Assembly (NCBI GenBank): GCA_907165135.1
Contig: OU015569.1
Span: forward strand, 9,114,001-9,178,000
Reading direction: 5' to 3'
Origin: Oikopleura dioica
Taxonomy: Eukaryota > Animalia > Chordata
DNA: 64,000 bases
This document shows positions 1-12,213 of this stretch, piece after piece. The notes beneath the pieces are model-generated. The model saw only the letters and a list, made by a program, of their open reading frames with translations. It searched no databases and had not been told where the DNA came from. Each line of letters begins with the position of its first letter. Position 1 is the stretch's first letter. The translations under genes were made by a program, and so were the position numbers.

Positions 1-1575
1 GAAATTCTCACAGTTGGAGGGACCCCTTATTATACGTCTATATTGGTAAGAAGCCGTAAACTTACGCTTGTCGGACACCTTTATTTCAGAAAAATGGTCG
101 CTAGTGAGAGATTTATTAACGGTGTTCAATAAAAATAATGCAAATTTACCTTCCACATTCGTCGTTTGTAAAAATATTCGCGATAAAAGTCGGTGTGATT
201 ATGGGTAAGTCCAGAGCGTTCCCTTCTTTCATGCTTACTTTTCTGTTCAGGGAAGTTTGTCAATTTTCGCATTCTGATGAAGAGTGCAAAGTTTGGAATT
301 ATATGAAAGAAAACAATAGTAAGTGCAGTTTCAACAGAACCTGTCTAACCGTCTGTTTTAGTCAAAGGACTCAAAGATTTATATAAAAAAGTATCGAAGG
401 TGTGAGTGCCGCAAAATTATTATTCTACCACAAAATTTACCCCTCTTCATTGGTCTCCTCTCCTTCTCCAAGCCCTTCAATTAAGAAGGGCTGACTGGAA
501 CTGTGCGAGTGCCTTCCCAACTTGATCATACTTGCTGCTCCTTCTTTCCGTTTCTTCCCAAGTCTCCACCAACAGTGCACTCACCTTCTTTGGGAACTGA
601 GCACCGTTTCTCTCAATCTTTGGTCAGCTTACTAATATCAAAATCCTTCTCGCGGAGGAAACTCACTTCTTCTGCCCCATTTTTCTCTGATTTTAAAATT
701 ATTAATAAATGAAATTATTATTTTAAGTATTTTTTTATTGCTATGAAAACAAACCTCGATTTGTCTGAAAAAATTATTCTGTATGAAACCCATTTCTTAT
801 AGAAGTATCTCACATCGTAATTAATGCATCCTGAGTCTACAATTATATCTACTCGTAGATTTTAGAATTAAAAACTGCATCTCAAGTGCGACGAACAAAA
901 TATTTAACTCTGAAGCGAGTAAAAGCAATCACTGACGCCTTTTACGTTCGAAAGTCACCGTTTTAGATTTCACGGCGAAACTTAGTTGATTGAAGTTCTC
1001 GTTTCTATTTGTGTTTGAGTCAAAATATCCAAGTGCCTTTTAATTAGATTCCCTAATTAGTAAATTTCATCAGCAATTGTTTTAAGTTGTCCTTTTCTCT
1101 TTTGTCAGATTGGACCATTCATTCTCCCGATTCTCCGCAAATTCCCGAACAAAAAGTATTAAGCTACTTACAGAACTAGTGCTGTTCGTATTTTTTTACT
1201 CTGCTCACTCCTCTAACGTTCATTCCTCCTATACATCGTATCGAAGCCACGTGAGTTCAATTATATGTTTTATTGTGGCCAGCAAAAAGTATTTACTGAA
1301 ATTTGTTTACGAATAAAAAATGAACCAAAAATGGAAGCATAGGAGCTTTTTTTTATCAAAATAGACTCTCTACATATTTCTCTAGTCCGCATCTTGGTTA
1401 TGCACGAATTTATCACCATATTAGCAGCGGATAGTTAGATCCTAATCATACCATTAGTATTAGGCAGGTGCTGTGGCGTATTTCTTACAATCTGATTGCC
1501 TCTCAGCGGGATACCGCTGTATAAACTGTCAGTTTGGTACGAAGGAATGCGAGTAAAATTACATTTTTCGAAAGA

Positions 1576-2042
1576 ATGCCGAGAAAAAAACGCACAAGCA
1601 AAGCAATAGTAATTAAAGATGAATTCGAAGAGAAGCCAAATGGTAAAACTAAAACGAAGACAAAGATTTAAATCTCTGTTCAGGCAGATCGAAGAAGAAA
1701 CGAGTAGAGCCTCCCCCTCCTGATCTGGACTTCGAAAGATGTTGGAGACAACCATTTGCTCTCTTCAAAAATGAAGTTGAACGGCTCGGACGGGAAGTTG
1801 GTGCCTCCGAAGAACAAAAACTCCGCTTGATGACGAACTGTAGAGACGAATGCCAACGAACGATTATGCGGATCACCGAAAAGAACAGACGAGAACTCTG
1901 TCAATATGTGACTGGCAAAGAGAACCTAAGAAAGTATGAAAGAGTTGAGTAGCACAATTTTATTTTTCGATTCAGGTTCAAGGCGACTTTCTCCGAAGAC
2001 GAAGAAGACCCTATTGACATCAAGGAATTTTTCGGCGATTAA
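1576..2042 (+). CDS. Small hypothetical protein (3 exons, about 120 aa)
   Basis: ATG at 1576 (MPRKKRTSKAIVIKDEFEEKPN), a GT-AG intron, then an open exon GRSKKKRVEPPPPDLDFERCWRQPFALFKNEVERLG. The frame of the last exon is ambiguous. No family recognised. Confidence 0.5.
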
Positions 2043-2772
2043 AAAGCTCGGCATTTAGACAATGATAAATTTCCGTGCCTTTTTTCGTTATGTTCACTTT
2101 ATAGATCAAAAGTTGGTCTAGACTAATTCACACGATTACTTGAGTCTAACTTATAAGCGAAAAAAATACTTAAAAACGATATTTTTATGGATAGATTAAC
2201 GAAATACTTTTCTTCGCTGATAACAGTCTCCCACTGTCCTTATCAATGCTCCATTCAAAAGCCCTACATTAATTATTTTATCTATTATCACTGCGTATCA
2301 AGCGCCACTCACTACCAAATAAAATATTGAAAAACCTAAATTTGCATTAATAATTTATGCATTGATGAGGGCGTTATTTTTCACGCTACAGCAGTAGGGC
2401 TTTTAAATTCCGTTTAGCAAAATCTCCGACGGGCTTTTTATGGGGCGAAATTTATTGCCATGATAGGGTAGCACGCCGCTTTAGAAGCATTCTAAAGGGC
2501 GGTTGCAAAATTTTTTTGTTTGACATATTTTATTGGAGAATTCATTTTTCTCACAGACAAAAATCAGAACAGAAATTGTGAAATCTCTTCAAATTTTTGC
2601 ACCATGCATTCAGAGCATGATATCAACAACAACATTTCGAAGTAGGGAATGAACCATCGTGCCTTGACTTTTAATAATAGCTTTCACGTTATATAAATCA
2701 AGCCAATCCGATAAGCCTATCGGATGATATACTACAATTTCCAGTATTCGACCTGGTTTCAGGGATCATGGT

Positions 2773-2785
2773 TGACCTTTGACCT
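2773..2785. promoter_or_regulatory. Nuclear-receptor DR1-type element TGACCTtTGACCT
   Basis: Perfect direct repeat of TGACCT with a 1-nt spacer in non-coding DNA. Further half-sites lie near 2915 and 3007. Motif match only. Confidence 0.3.
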
Positions 2786-3488
2786 GGTAGTCGCCAACTG
2801 GCTTTATGGAAATATCCCTATCCGTAAGTGTTTTCAAGTTGGACTTGCGCGGCCACTCTAGCATCTTGAAGATTATGCAGTTACTTTGTGGGTGCTACCT
2901 TCGCAGATAACTATAAGGTCAAGGATGTATACTTGTGGCAATTTTAATCTATCTTACTACTTTGCAAATTAGTAGAAGCCACTGTCGAAATGCGCTCAAA
3001 AACAGCTGACCTTGCAAGTTTAATCGTGCTGGTGAGTTATCTGTGTTGATACAATGTCTGTATGACCATCGAATCGGTCGGTCGGGGGATGTATTCTGCT
3101 TTGCTAGGCGCTATCGCTCTCCATAGGAGGCAGCTCCAAACTCACCACTGCTGGCCAAGCGGCATTATTTAACGAAAGGGCTTCGACTTGCCAGGGCATT
3201 CCTATTTTTGGGAAACTGTTTTCAAGTTTTTGAGCTTCTCGTCTCGTTCAAGGGTGAGCAAAAGTGTTAAAACCAAGACCCGTACCCTACCCCGTCCACT
3301 CTTTTTGCGTCTATTTCACTCTCCGCTACGAGTGATCCACTTAATTATTTGCATCGAGCAGAACATTGCCCAGCCCAGATTGGTAAATATTTAAGCCGGA
3401 TTCAATTGATTTCCGACAACAAAAGCATCGGTGTACCCCGCTATTCTTTCACATAAAATACAGAGAAGATCCCCCTCGTCAGAAAATC

Positions 3489-3769
3489 ATGGAAGCCGAG
3501 AACCAACAGGTTTGATCATTTGAAATTTATGAACTTGCAAGTTATATTTAAAGGTAACCAGTTCTGTCACTGATGTTGCTAAGACCTCCGAGCCCCGTGT
3601 ACCAATTATGGTGAGTTAAAAATAGCCAAACTTCGCGCAGTAAAATAATTCTGACGCGTTTGGAAGAATCTTTCTAACTTCCTTTTAGTCAAGTTATTGT
3701 CAACATCGAAACAAAGAAGGCCTCAGAAAACTCAACATCACTCTTGGCATGCGAACCATTGAATTTTGA
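3489..3769 (+). CDS. Very small hypothetical protein (3 exons, about 52 aa)
   Basis: Acceptor-like tacag upstream of ATG 3489. Two GT-AG introns join MEAENQQ / VTSSVTDVAKTSEPRVPIM / SSYCQHRNKEGLRKLNITLGMRTIEF*. Confidence 0.35.
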
Positions 3770-4064
3770 GTTCCTTCTTTCTTTTTTGTTATATTCTGTT
3801 ATCTGAGCTATTCTTTTAATTCATATTATTCAACAGCCTTCCTAAGAAACCAAAAAAATCGTTTCGCGACGCGTTACATTTTCGCATTCTACATTTTCAT
3901 TGTGATTTTCTACTTCTTCCTTTCATACTTTCAATGCTTTCATCCTCGATTTAAATTTTACTTAATAAAATTCAAAAAAATCTACTCGGACTGATAATTC
4001 TTATGAAAAAGTTCAGGGAATTTCTTTTCCTTACTTTCAGCCTCTAATATTACATGTACATTAA

Positions 4065-4332
4065 CGCCAGAACGCATAAAATTTTTTCAACGTCGAACGC
4101 AGATCGTACCAATTAATTGGTATTCCCCATTTACCCCTTTTTAACAATGAAACTGATTAGCTCACTGTATAAATGATACAGATTAATAATTCTCAGACGC
4201 TTAGCTTCAATTTTATCCCCATACTATACCGATATCATTACATAAATATCAGTAAACATGCGAATTTCCAAATGTGTTGAAATGGCACTGAAGGGCAATG
4301 TACCAATTAATTGGTCGCTGTGCGTTTCGGCG
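4065..4332. mobile_element. MITE-like element with imperfect TIRs and TTAA target-site duplication
   Basis: Left end ttaa|cgccagaacgcata; right end tgtgcgtttcggcg|ttaa (reverse complement cgccgaaacgcaca). It is non-coding and contains two copies of the palindrome accaattaattggt. Confidence 0.65.
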
Positions 4333-4784
4333 TTAAGTAGAATTTGTATATTTCTGATCTGAGAGGAAAAGACCTAATGTTCTCAAAACATGATCATTCC
4401 AATTTTTTTTCTATCTGAAGGACATCAGAACTTATCAATACACAACAACTCTGATATGAATTCTTGATTGTCGGTTGAGAAGAGATGTCTCGCAGCAATC
4501 ACAGTACTGATGTCATAGTCACTTGATAATATTGTCTTGACTTGTTGGGCCAAATCTATTTTCAGTCCTTCGAGGGCGACTATAAGATTAGGTATTTTCT
4601 TAGTAGATTATAATACTTTATTAAATGATAGGTATTTTTCAGACGTAAGGCATGTATAAATGGTATGGGATTGAGCACTGGCGAGGATCCCTCACGCATT
4701 TTTCTTGTGTTTCGTTCAGCAACCATCCATAAGGGCAAATACATCCTAAAGACATTATTTTAGAAAATAAGCAAACAAGGGAGA

Positions 4785-7700
4785 CTAACCAGGGACGCAA
4801 GCATATTCATCACATTCACTGTTTATGCCCGTGTAGTAGGTTTCGCAAGTTATCCGACATTCTTGTTTGGGTCCACAGTCGACGAATAGCTCGTACTTGT
4901 TTTGGCAGCTAACAGCCTCTGCATAAGCTTCGGAATCGTCTTGTGAAGCAGATTTGTCGTCAACCGTCTGTTTGGCTATTTTTTCAGTTGTACTTTTTCC
5001 CGGAGAAAATAAATGTTCTTCTATGTTTTCATCGACCTCTGGAAGGCATGAAGGAGCATCTGGACGTGCTAATACTTCTTCGTATAAGCTCACTAGAATG
5101 GGTATCGCTGTGAAATCTCCAGTTGAAACTTTCACTGATAATGTTGTGACTTGCTCAATATCATCGATAGATATATTTTTGCGGGTAAAATTGCAAAAGT
5201 GTTGCTCAAGCCAATCAACAAGTTCCCACTTTGACAAAAACACTTTTACTTCGTTGAAATCGATGCTTTCAGCATTCCCAAAGTTGCTATAGATATTGAA
5301 GAAGTCAGTAAACAGGCCAAATATATCCAGCGGAACGTTATTTTCCTGGACCATGTCTTCGCTGATTTCCGAAAAGTCGATTTCTTCGAGTATACACAAC
5401 CCTGCAGTGCATTGTTCAACGCAATCAATATCTTTTTCGCAGCTTCTTTCACATAAAAACTGGCTGCTATAGGATAAAAAATCGATAGAGCAATTAAAGA
5501 GGATTCTTATGATATAAACTTTATAATATAAAGCTTTGACTATACACAATGGTAATAGTTATTTTTATCCGATGGCCAAACTGTGCGCAAGGATTGAAAT
5601 CTGGAATACCTTCAGCCAAATTAGTGATGATTGTCTCGACCTTTGAAAATGATTCAAGGTCAAAGTTTTCATATTCGTATACTTCGTCCGTAGGGTTTCC
5701 TTCCAAAATATAATCTGTTGAATTTGCCATTGAATCTTGAGTATTTATATAGCAAGCAGTGTCGTTAGGACGTCTGAGAATATCATCATAAAAACTGCTG
5801 AGCTCACTTATAGCTGCAAAATCGCCTGTTGACACTTTCAAAGAGAGATTAGTTGCTCGCTCAACATCATCAAGTGTAATTCGCTTGCCAATATGATTAC
5901 AGAAATGCTCTTCGAGCCAGGCTCGGAGATCCCACTTGGTAATAAACGCTCGTATCCACTCGAAAGAAAAGTCAGTCAGGTTTTCGAATCTGCTAAAGAC
6001 TTCGTTTAGCTCCGTAAAGAGTGTGAATATTTCAACAGGGACTCGATTTTCTACTACGAGCTCTTCTGTAATATCTTCAAAGGCTTCGATTTCTCGAAGA
6101 GCACAAAGTCCATTGATGCAATCTTGAAAACATTGTTCTTCTCTCAGGCAACTTCGATCACATAAGAAGTGACCAAAGTTCTCACAGGGATCGAAATCCG
6201 GGATACCTTCTACCAAGGAAGAAATAATTTCGCCAATATCCGCAAATTTATCAAAATACCCAGGTTGGAAATATTCTTCATAGCCATTACCGGAATAATT
6301 GCCAGGTGCGCTAGAGCTGCTATCATTAAAATAACCGTAGTGAATAGAATCAGTCGCATTGTAAAGTTCATCGACGGAGGGGAGAATTTGGATAGGACTG
6401 ATACTGTCTGTTCGGTTACTTAGTTGAATTAGGGGCAAGAGAAGACCCTCAACAGTGGCTGTATCATTTGCCGACAAGTTCTCGAGCTAAGACAGGGATT
6501 TTCTGCGCCACATACGGTATGTGACATTTACATTAAAAATCCTGTTCCTGATCTAAAAGATTGAAAGCCTCGGTAATATCTGAGTCGTTGCTTATCGTCG
6601 TAATAAACTCAAATAATGACTGCAGATTTTCGGTGGCATTGTCTCTATCAGATACACTCTCAACGCCAGTTAAACATTCCTGAAATCAATTTAATGGAAT
6701 TCATAGTTAATAAATGCACCTCATAAGAAACACATTTGCCTTGATTATTTTGATATAGCCCGGCATTGCATTGACAGCCAGCGCTGCACTCCAATGTATA
6801 AAATTCTTCTTTCTGGAAATCTTCAGATATTAAACCGTCACAATACTTTTGCGTCTTTTTCGGGATATTTTGAAACGAGAGTTATTTTTGTTTCTTTATT
6901 AATATTTTCAAACACGTGGTAATTGCTATCCTCGCCTTGCATTCTGACCAAGACCTGTTCTCTTCGCAGACAGTGACTAAATTGGGAACACGATTACAGG
7001 ATTCCACAGGGACACACGTTCCATCAATATGTTGACGGACAAATCCTTCGTTGCAAAAACAACCTTCATTGCATCCAAAATTACAAATAACAGGATATTC
7101 GTTGAGGATCGAGTCACATGTATCCTCACAGTTTGTTCCACAAGTATTATAAGATGAATTTTCGGGACATTCGGGAGAGCTAAGTCGGCATTGGTCTGTT
7201 GGTGGCTTATAATCTCGAGAACATCTCATGATTTTTATAAAATTCAAGCCCACTCTTTAGGAATGCAGTTTTCATTCTCGTCCAGAACAAAGCCGTTGTC
7301 GCACTGGCAAGATGGATTGCAACCAAAATTACACATCAATGGATTCCCAGACAGATACGATTCACAAGTTTCGGGGCAGTTTGTTCCGCATTCGTTAAAA
7401 CTTGAGTATTTTGGACATTCAGGCGTGCTCCGTCTGCATTCATCTTCAATTGGTTTCAACCTCAAGATTAAATACAAGTTAAATTCTTGATTGAAACCAT
7501 TCCTTGCTTTATACAGTTGTTATTCTCGTCAAGAACAAAGCCTTGATCACATTGACACGATGGATTACAGCCGAAATTACACATAACTGGGAGACCAGAG
7601 AGAAAAGTATCGCACGTTTGCGGACAGTTTGTGCCACATTCATTGAAAGTCGAATTGGGCGGGCATTTTGGGTTCGTTTTGAAGCATAGATCTTTGATTA

Positions 7701-9094
7701 GGTCTTAATAAAAGGGAAGAACTAAAATACTCTCTTGAAATATAACCATGTCCTTTTTCAATGCATTCGCCATTTGAGTCCAAAACATAACCTTCAATAC
7801 ACTCGCAGGACGGATTGCAGCTCAGCGCGCATAAAACTGGAGCGCGAGAGGTTTCGCATGTCTCTGGACAATGAGAACCACACTCATTATAAACTGAGTT
7901 CATAGGACAATGAATACGTGGTTTGCAATTAAACTCAGAAATACAGATTCCATTTTCGTTGCGGACAAAACCGGCTCTGCACGTACATGCAGGCTCTGCG
8001 CATATTTTTGGGCATTCCATGAGTGGCTGTTCGCATGTTCCTTCGCACAAGTTGCCACATACATTCCAGAATTCATTCTTAGGGCACTCGGGCGACACAG
8101 TGATCGATTCCTTCTGACATGTCTCCGAACTGACACAATTTCCGAGATGGTTGCGAACGTAATTCTTTGCACAGGCGCATGCGTCCTCAGCGCAGATTCT
8201 CGAGCACTCCTTTTGGGGCTGCTCACAAGTTCCATCGCATAAATTCCCACACTCATTCCAAACCTCGTTTTCAGGACACTCTGGTTGCGCGATGATCTTT
8301 CTTGGACAGTACTGTGCCTCTAGACAGCGCCCAGTACTCAGATCTCGAAGGAGACCTCCTGAACATTGACATCGCTGATGGCATTGACGATCGCATAAAA
8401 GAGTTCAAAAATAACTGTTCTTACTAAAGAATACTGCAGGAATTATATTTACGGGGGCATGTTTTGAACTCCTTGTCAATAATATTCATGAGTTCCTTCG
8501 CAATTCGGCTCACAATCTTTATTAACAGCGCAGTAATTCCACTCTTCGCCTTTTGGACATCTGGAGACTGATGCTACACTCAAATTGAGTAGAACAGAAA
8601 TATAAGCTTCTCTCATTACGGACCGTAACTGAAGCGTCCAGCCGCGCTCTTCTGCGACCTACTTTTTTTCTTATCTGATACAAGAAGTAGACTCCTCCTC
8701 GCCTTGGGGCCAAATGGTGCATCCCTTATCTACACAGTGTGTAGTACACACTACGTAAGGAGTCGCCAGAGACGATTTTTCACCTTCTTTGGACGGGCAT
8801 TCCGAACGGAAGGGGAAGCATGTCTCCGAGAAATTTTCGATAATTGATTTTAGCAACGTTATCCGATGACTGCGTTCTTTCGCTTCTTAGAAATACGCAT
8901 TTCTATCAAATAGGTCCATAAAAAATTTTTAATATGGTTTGGAATTACGGAGTCATTGTGGTGAAAAGTAAAATTAGTTGTGAGTGAATTTAAGGTCTTC
9001 TCGCAACTTTCATGTTTTTTGGCCAAACAAAGCCTGCGAGGGCTGCGACGAAACCTTGCAAATAAATATTTGTAGGAGTTATATATTTATTCAT
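4785..9094 (-). CDS. Large secreted cysteine-rich protein with about 8 TIL (trypsin-inhibitor-like) repeats and two copies of an unrecognised ~160-aa C-terminal domain; candidate mucous-house/ECM protein
   Basis: Repeated CP.N..(W/F/Y)N.CG..C..TC......C...C...C.C..G(F/Y)V.D..G.C motifs in exons 6716-8575. The ORFs 5521-6477 and 4785-5549 share GIPDF.PC..FGHFLC.RSC...KVSTGDF.AI. The 5' end is approximate. Confidence 0.85.
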
Positions 9095-9323
9095 AACAAT
9101 AAAATGACGGAAGAGAAATAAAAGGCATTTCAGAGCTTGGTAAACGTCGCCTCCGGGCGATTGATTTATTCAGCTTACTCACAGACGGGCTCCCCATTTT
9201 ATATTTCTTTTTTCCTTTCTCTGAGTCAGTCTATTGAAGCAGCAAGTGTAGGCCTCTTCTCTTCACTACAATGAGCCTAACATACCAGTAGCCACTGAGC
9301 AGAGCTTTCAACTAATCCACAGC

Positions 9324-11391
9324 ATGGTCAACTTCAAGAAGACAGTGCGAAAATTATGCTTCTGTTGTGGAAAGAGAAAATATGAAACAAAATCACCAGA
9401 AGAAGACACTCGAGATTATGGAGGTAAGAGAAAACTTCTTTCAGCTATACTTTGAGACTTATAGGTAGTTTTTCTTACAAAATCAATCATCTTCAGAATC
9501 TTGTTAATATTTTTTATTTCTATTAAATTACCAATATGTATTTAATAATTATGAATAATAATTAGGAATTGCTGTTTCGGAATTTAATTCGCAGAAATAG
9601 GAGTTAGAATTTGATGAAAACGACGTTTGAATAGCCCAAGTTCACAATGAACTTTTTAAATAAGTGAGCGTTCCTAGGTGGAATCGAAAACGTCGCGTAT
9701 GAGAAGGAAAATACGTTAGAAGTGGCGAAGTCGCGCAATATTCCTGAGCAAAAACTGGCGAATGTGATTCAGACGCACGACTTTTTGGAGCACTACAAGG
9801 ATATGATTAGCTACGAAGATATAAGTCGAGAATACGAAGAACTGAAGAATTGTTTTCGAACTGAAGTCGTGAGTCGAGTAGCTCAACTGCCTGGAAACCG
9901 CGGCAAGAACAGATACATGAACGTCCTCGCAAATGAAGCTACCAGAGTGAAGCTGACTGGATCTTACATCAACGCAAATTACATCGAAATCAAGTCGCAA
10001 GCAAGGGACTATATTGCTACACAAGGTTAGTCACATTTTCAAGCACGTTCCGTCTCGAGTAACAAGAATTCAATCCTCGTGAAACATTTCTGGCCCTGTA
10101 AAAATTTTGTAATTCATTCTTTCGTGCGTAAAATTCAACGACTTTGATATGGAAACTCTGAAATTTATAATAGGACCGCTTCCTGGTACAAAAGCCGACT
10201 TCTGGAACATGATATGGGCAGAGAAATCCCTTGTTATTGTGATGCTCGTGCAGCTTGTTGAAAACGGCAGGATCAAATGTGATCAGTACTGGCCATTTGA
10301 CGAGAAGAAAGAAACCGTTTCCGATACCCTTGAAGTAGAGAAAACGGAGGAAAATATACTCCCGCTCTGGACGGAAAGGACATTTTATTTGTCAAATGGA
10401 ACAGACACACGTAAAATTCGCCATTATCAGTTCACGAGTTGGAGCTCTACTTCCGATACCCTGCCTAATATTGGGGATTTGGTGGCTTTTATAAAGCATG
10501 TGAGGTAATTTTTAACCAAGAGGATCGAACGTGCGTGATTTTAATTCTCAGAAAGTAAGAGCAAATTTACTTTTCGCTAAATAGGATAATTGATTCATTT
10601 TGAATCATATGAGTTCACATGCACTACGCGTATGTCGTATGAAGAGTGCATGATGTTATTCATAAATTACTTAATTTGATGATGTTGAGAATCTAGCATT
10701 TCGTGAGCGGTGCCTGGAATTAGATAAGTTGTCCTTGACCTTTTGGCGGCATTTATTACTCGAGTGTAAAGTTTATCTAGGTCAGATTTACCGTTGGAAG
10801 ATATTGGGCCGATGGTGGTCCATTGCTCTGATGGAAGCGCAAAAACCGGACTTTTCATTGCTCTTGACCAGATGCTGCGAGATCTAACAGAAGAAAGCTT
10901 CGTAAACGTCTTAGGAATGGTTTATCAAATGAAGAAGTGCCGCCAGAGCCTAATAAACTCAGAGGTAAACTCGATAATTAACGAGCATCTAGTAACGAGT
11001 TTAGTCCCAATATAAGCTGATATATGACTCTGTCCGTGACAGTTTGCTCGGAAAATTCGACGAAACAGACGCCATCTCAGATGGAATCAAGACGTCTCTT
11101 TCGGTTGAAAATCTGAACGAAGAAGAACCCCACAAACCGGTAGAACAAAGTCAAAATGAACAGTGGACTTATGACTTTTAAGTACGTGAATCCCGCACTT
11201 ATGGATGACAGTTCAAGCGATAGTTCCGGCTCACTCACAGATTCAGATGAGGAGCTGCCCACTATTCGACCAAATACAATGAAAGCGACAGTAAGATTAC
11301 TATTAGCTGATTAGACGTGACATCTTCATTCTAGGACATCGCAATCAACGACAATTCATCTTCCTCCGGCTCCGAGCCTTTCAATGACTAA
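9324..11391 (+). CDS. Single-domain classical protein tyrosine phosphatase-like protein, probably catalytically dead
   Basis: PTP motifs KNRY, YINANY, YIATQGPL..T..DFW.MIW and KC.QYWP are present. The P-loop reads HCSDGSAKTG. Exons are joined by GT-AG introns. Confidence 0.9.
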
Positions 11392-11890
11392 CACAAAAGA
11401 ATTTCCCAACATCCCGCCAAGTCTTCATAACTTTGTACTTACACAAACTCACCACTACTTACCTTTCAGTATCAGATACTTCCCTCGAGAGATTGTTAAG
11501 ACGCAGTATTTATTTCCCTTTATTCTTTTAAATAAATTAGTACTCGTCTCAGTTCTGACAACGAGTATTCACATTTCGAGAAAATAAGCACTTCAAGTCG
11601 AGTATTTTTGGTAGATATGTATTTGCAGGAATAATTGTAATTTTTAATAAAGTGCGAATCTTCGTGGTTTTATTCAGGTCTTCTTCGCGCCATCGCCTTT
11701 GCTGAAAGAAGGATTGTAAATCTTGAATTACGATGCTTTAAATTAATCTATATTTCTTTATGAAATTACCATCGAGATAACCATTTTTCGATTTTTTCAT
11801 CGCTTAATTGTATGTGCTCCTCAGTATTTGTTTCTGTGCTTTTCGCAGTCAAAAGATTTTCTTCTATGTCTTTTTTGTCTTTGCGATGTT

Positions 11891-12213
11891 TTATAAAAGC
11901 AGAATCGCACACATAGTCCCAAAAATAATAAAAAGAATGAAACACTCCTGAAATGGTTTGGGCGAGAATTTCTTTAGCTTTTTTCTGTTCTTCTTCTTCT
12001 TTTAATTTCTTGTCTACTAATCTATGAAATCAATGGATTAAGGATTCGCCTAAAAATGAGGACTTACTCTTCCCATCCGTCCAAATAAGGTATTATACCG
12101 AGTCTCTTTGCTTCATGCCGTTTTTTAGCAGTTCTCTGAAAGAGTTGCAGGACCCGTTCGACCTTCTCTTTTCTCGGATGAACTCTATGGAAATGCTTTC
12201 TCTCAGGCTTCAT
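11891..12213 (-). CDS. Small basic protein with C-terminal hydrophobic segment (tail-anchored candidate)
   Basis: MKPERKHFHRVHPRKEKVERVLQ...GWEE, a GT-AG intron, then LVDKKLKEEEQKKAKEILAQTISGVFHSFIIFGTMCAILLL*. Confidence 0.5.

Noticed and set aside
1-700. Purine-rich minus-strand stretches with splice-like sites (MGQK..., IERNGAQFPKKVSALLVETWEE...)
   Set aside because: I could not assemble a consistent reading frame. It may be a gene running off the window edge.
2476-2502. Hairpin ccgctttagaa-gca-ttctaaagggcgg
   Set aside because: Isolated, with no Helitron CTRR end, no poly-T and no second copy.
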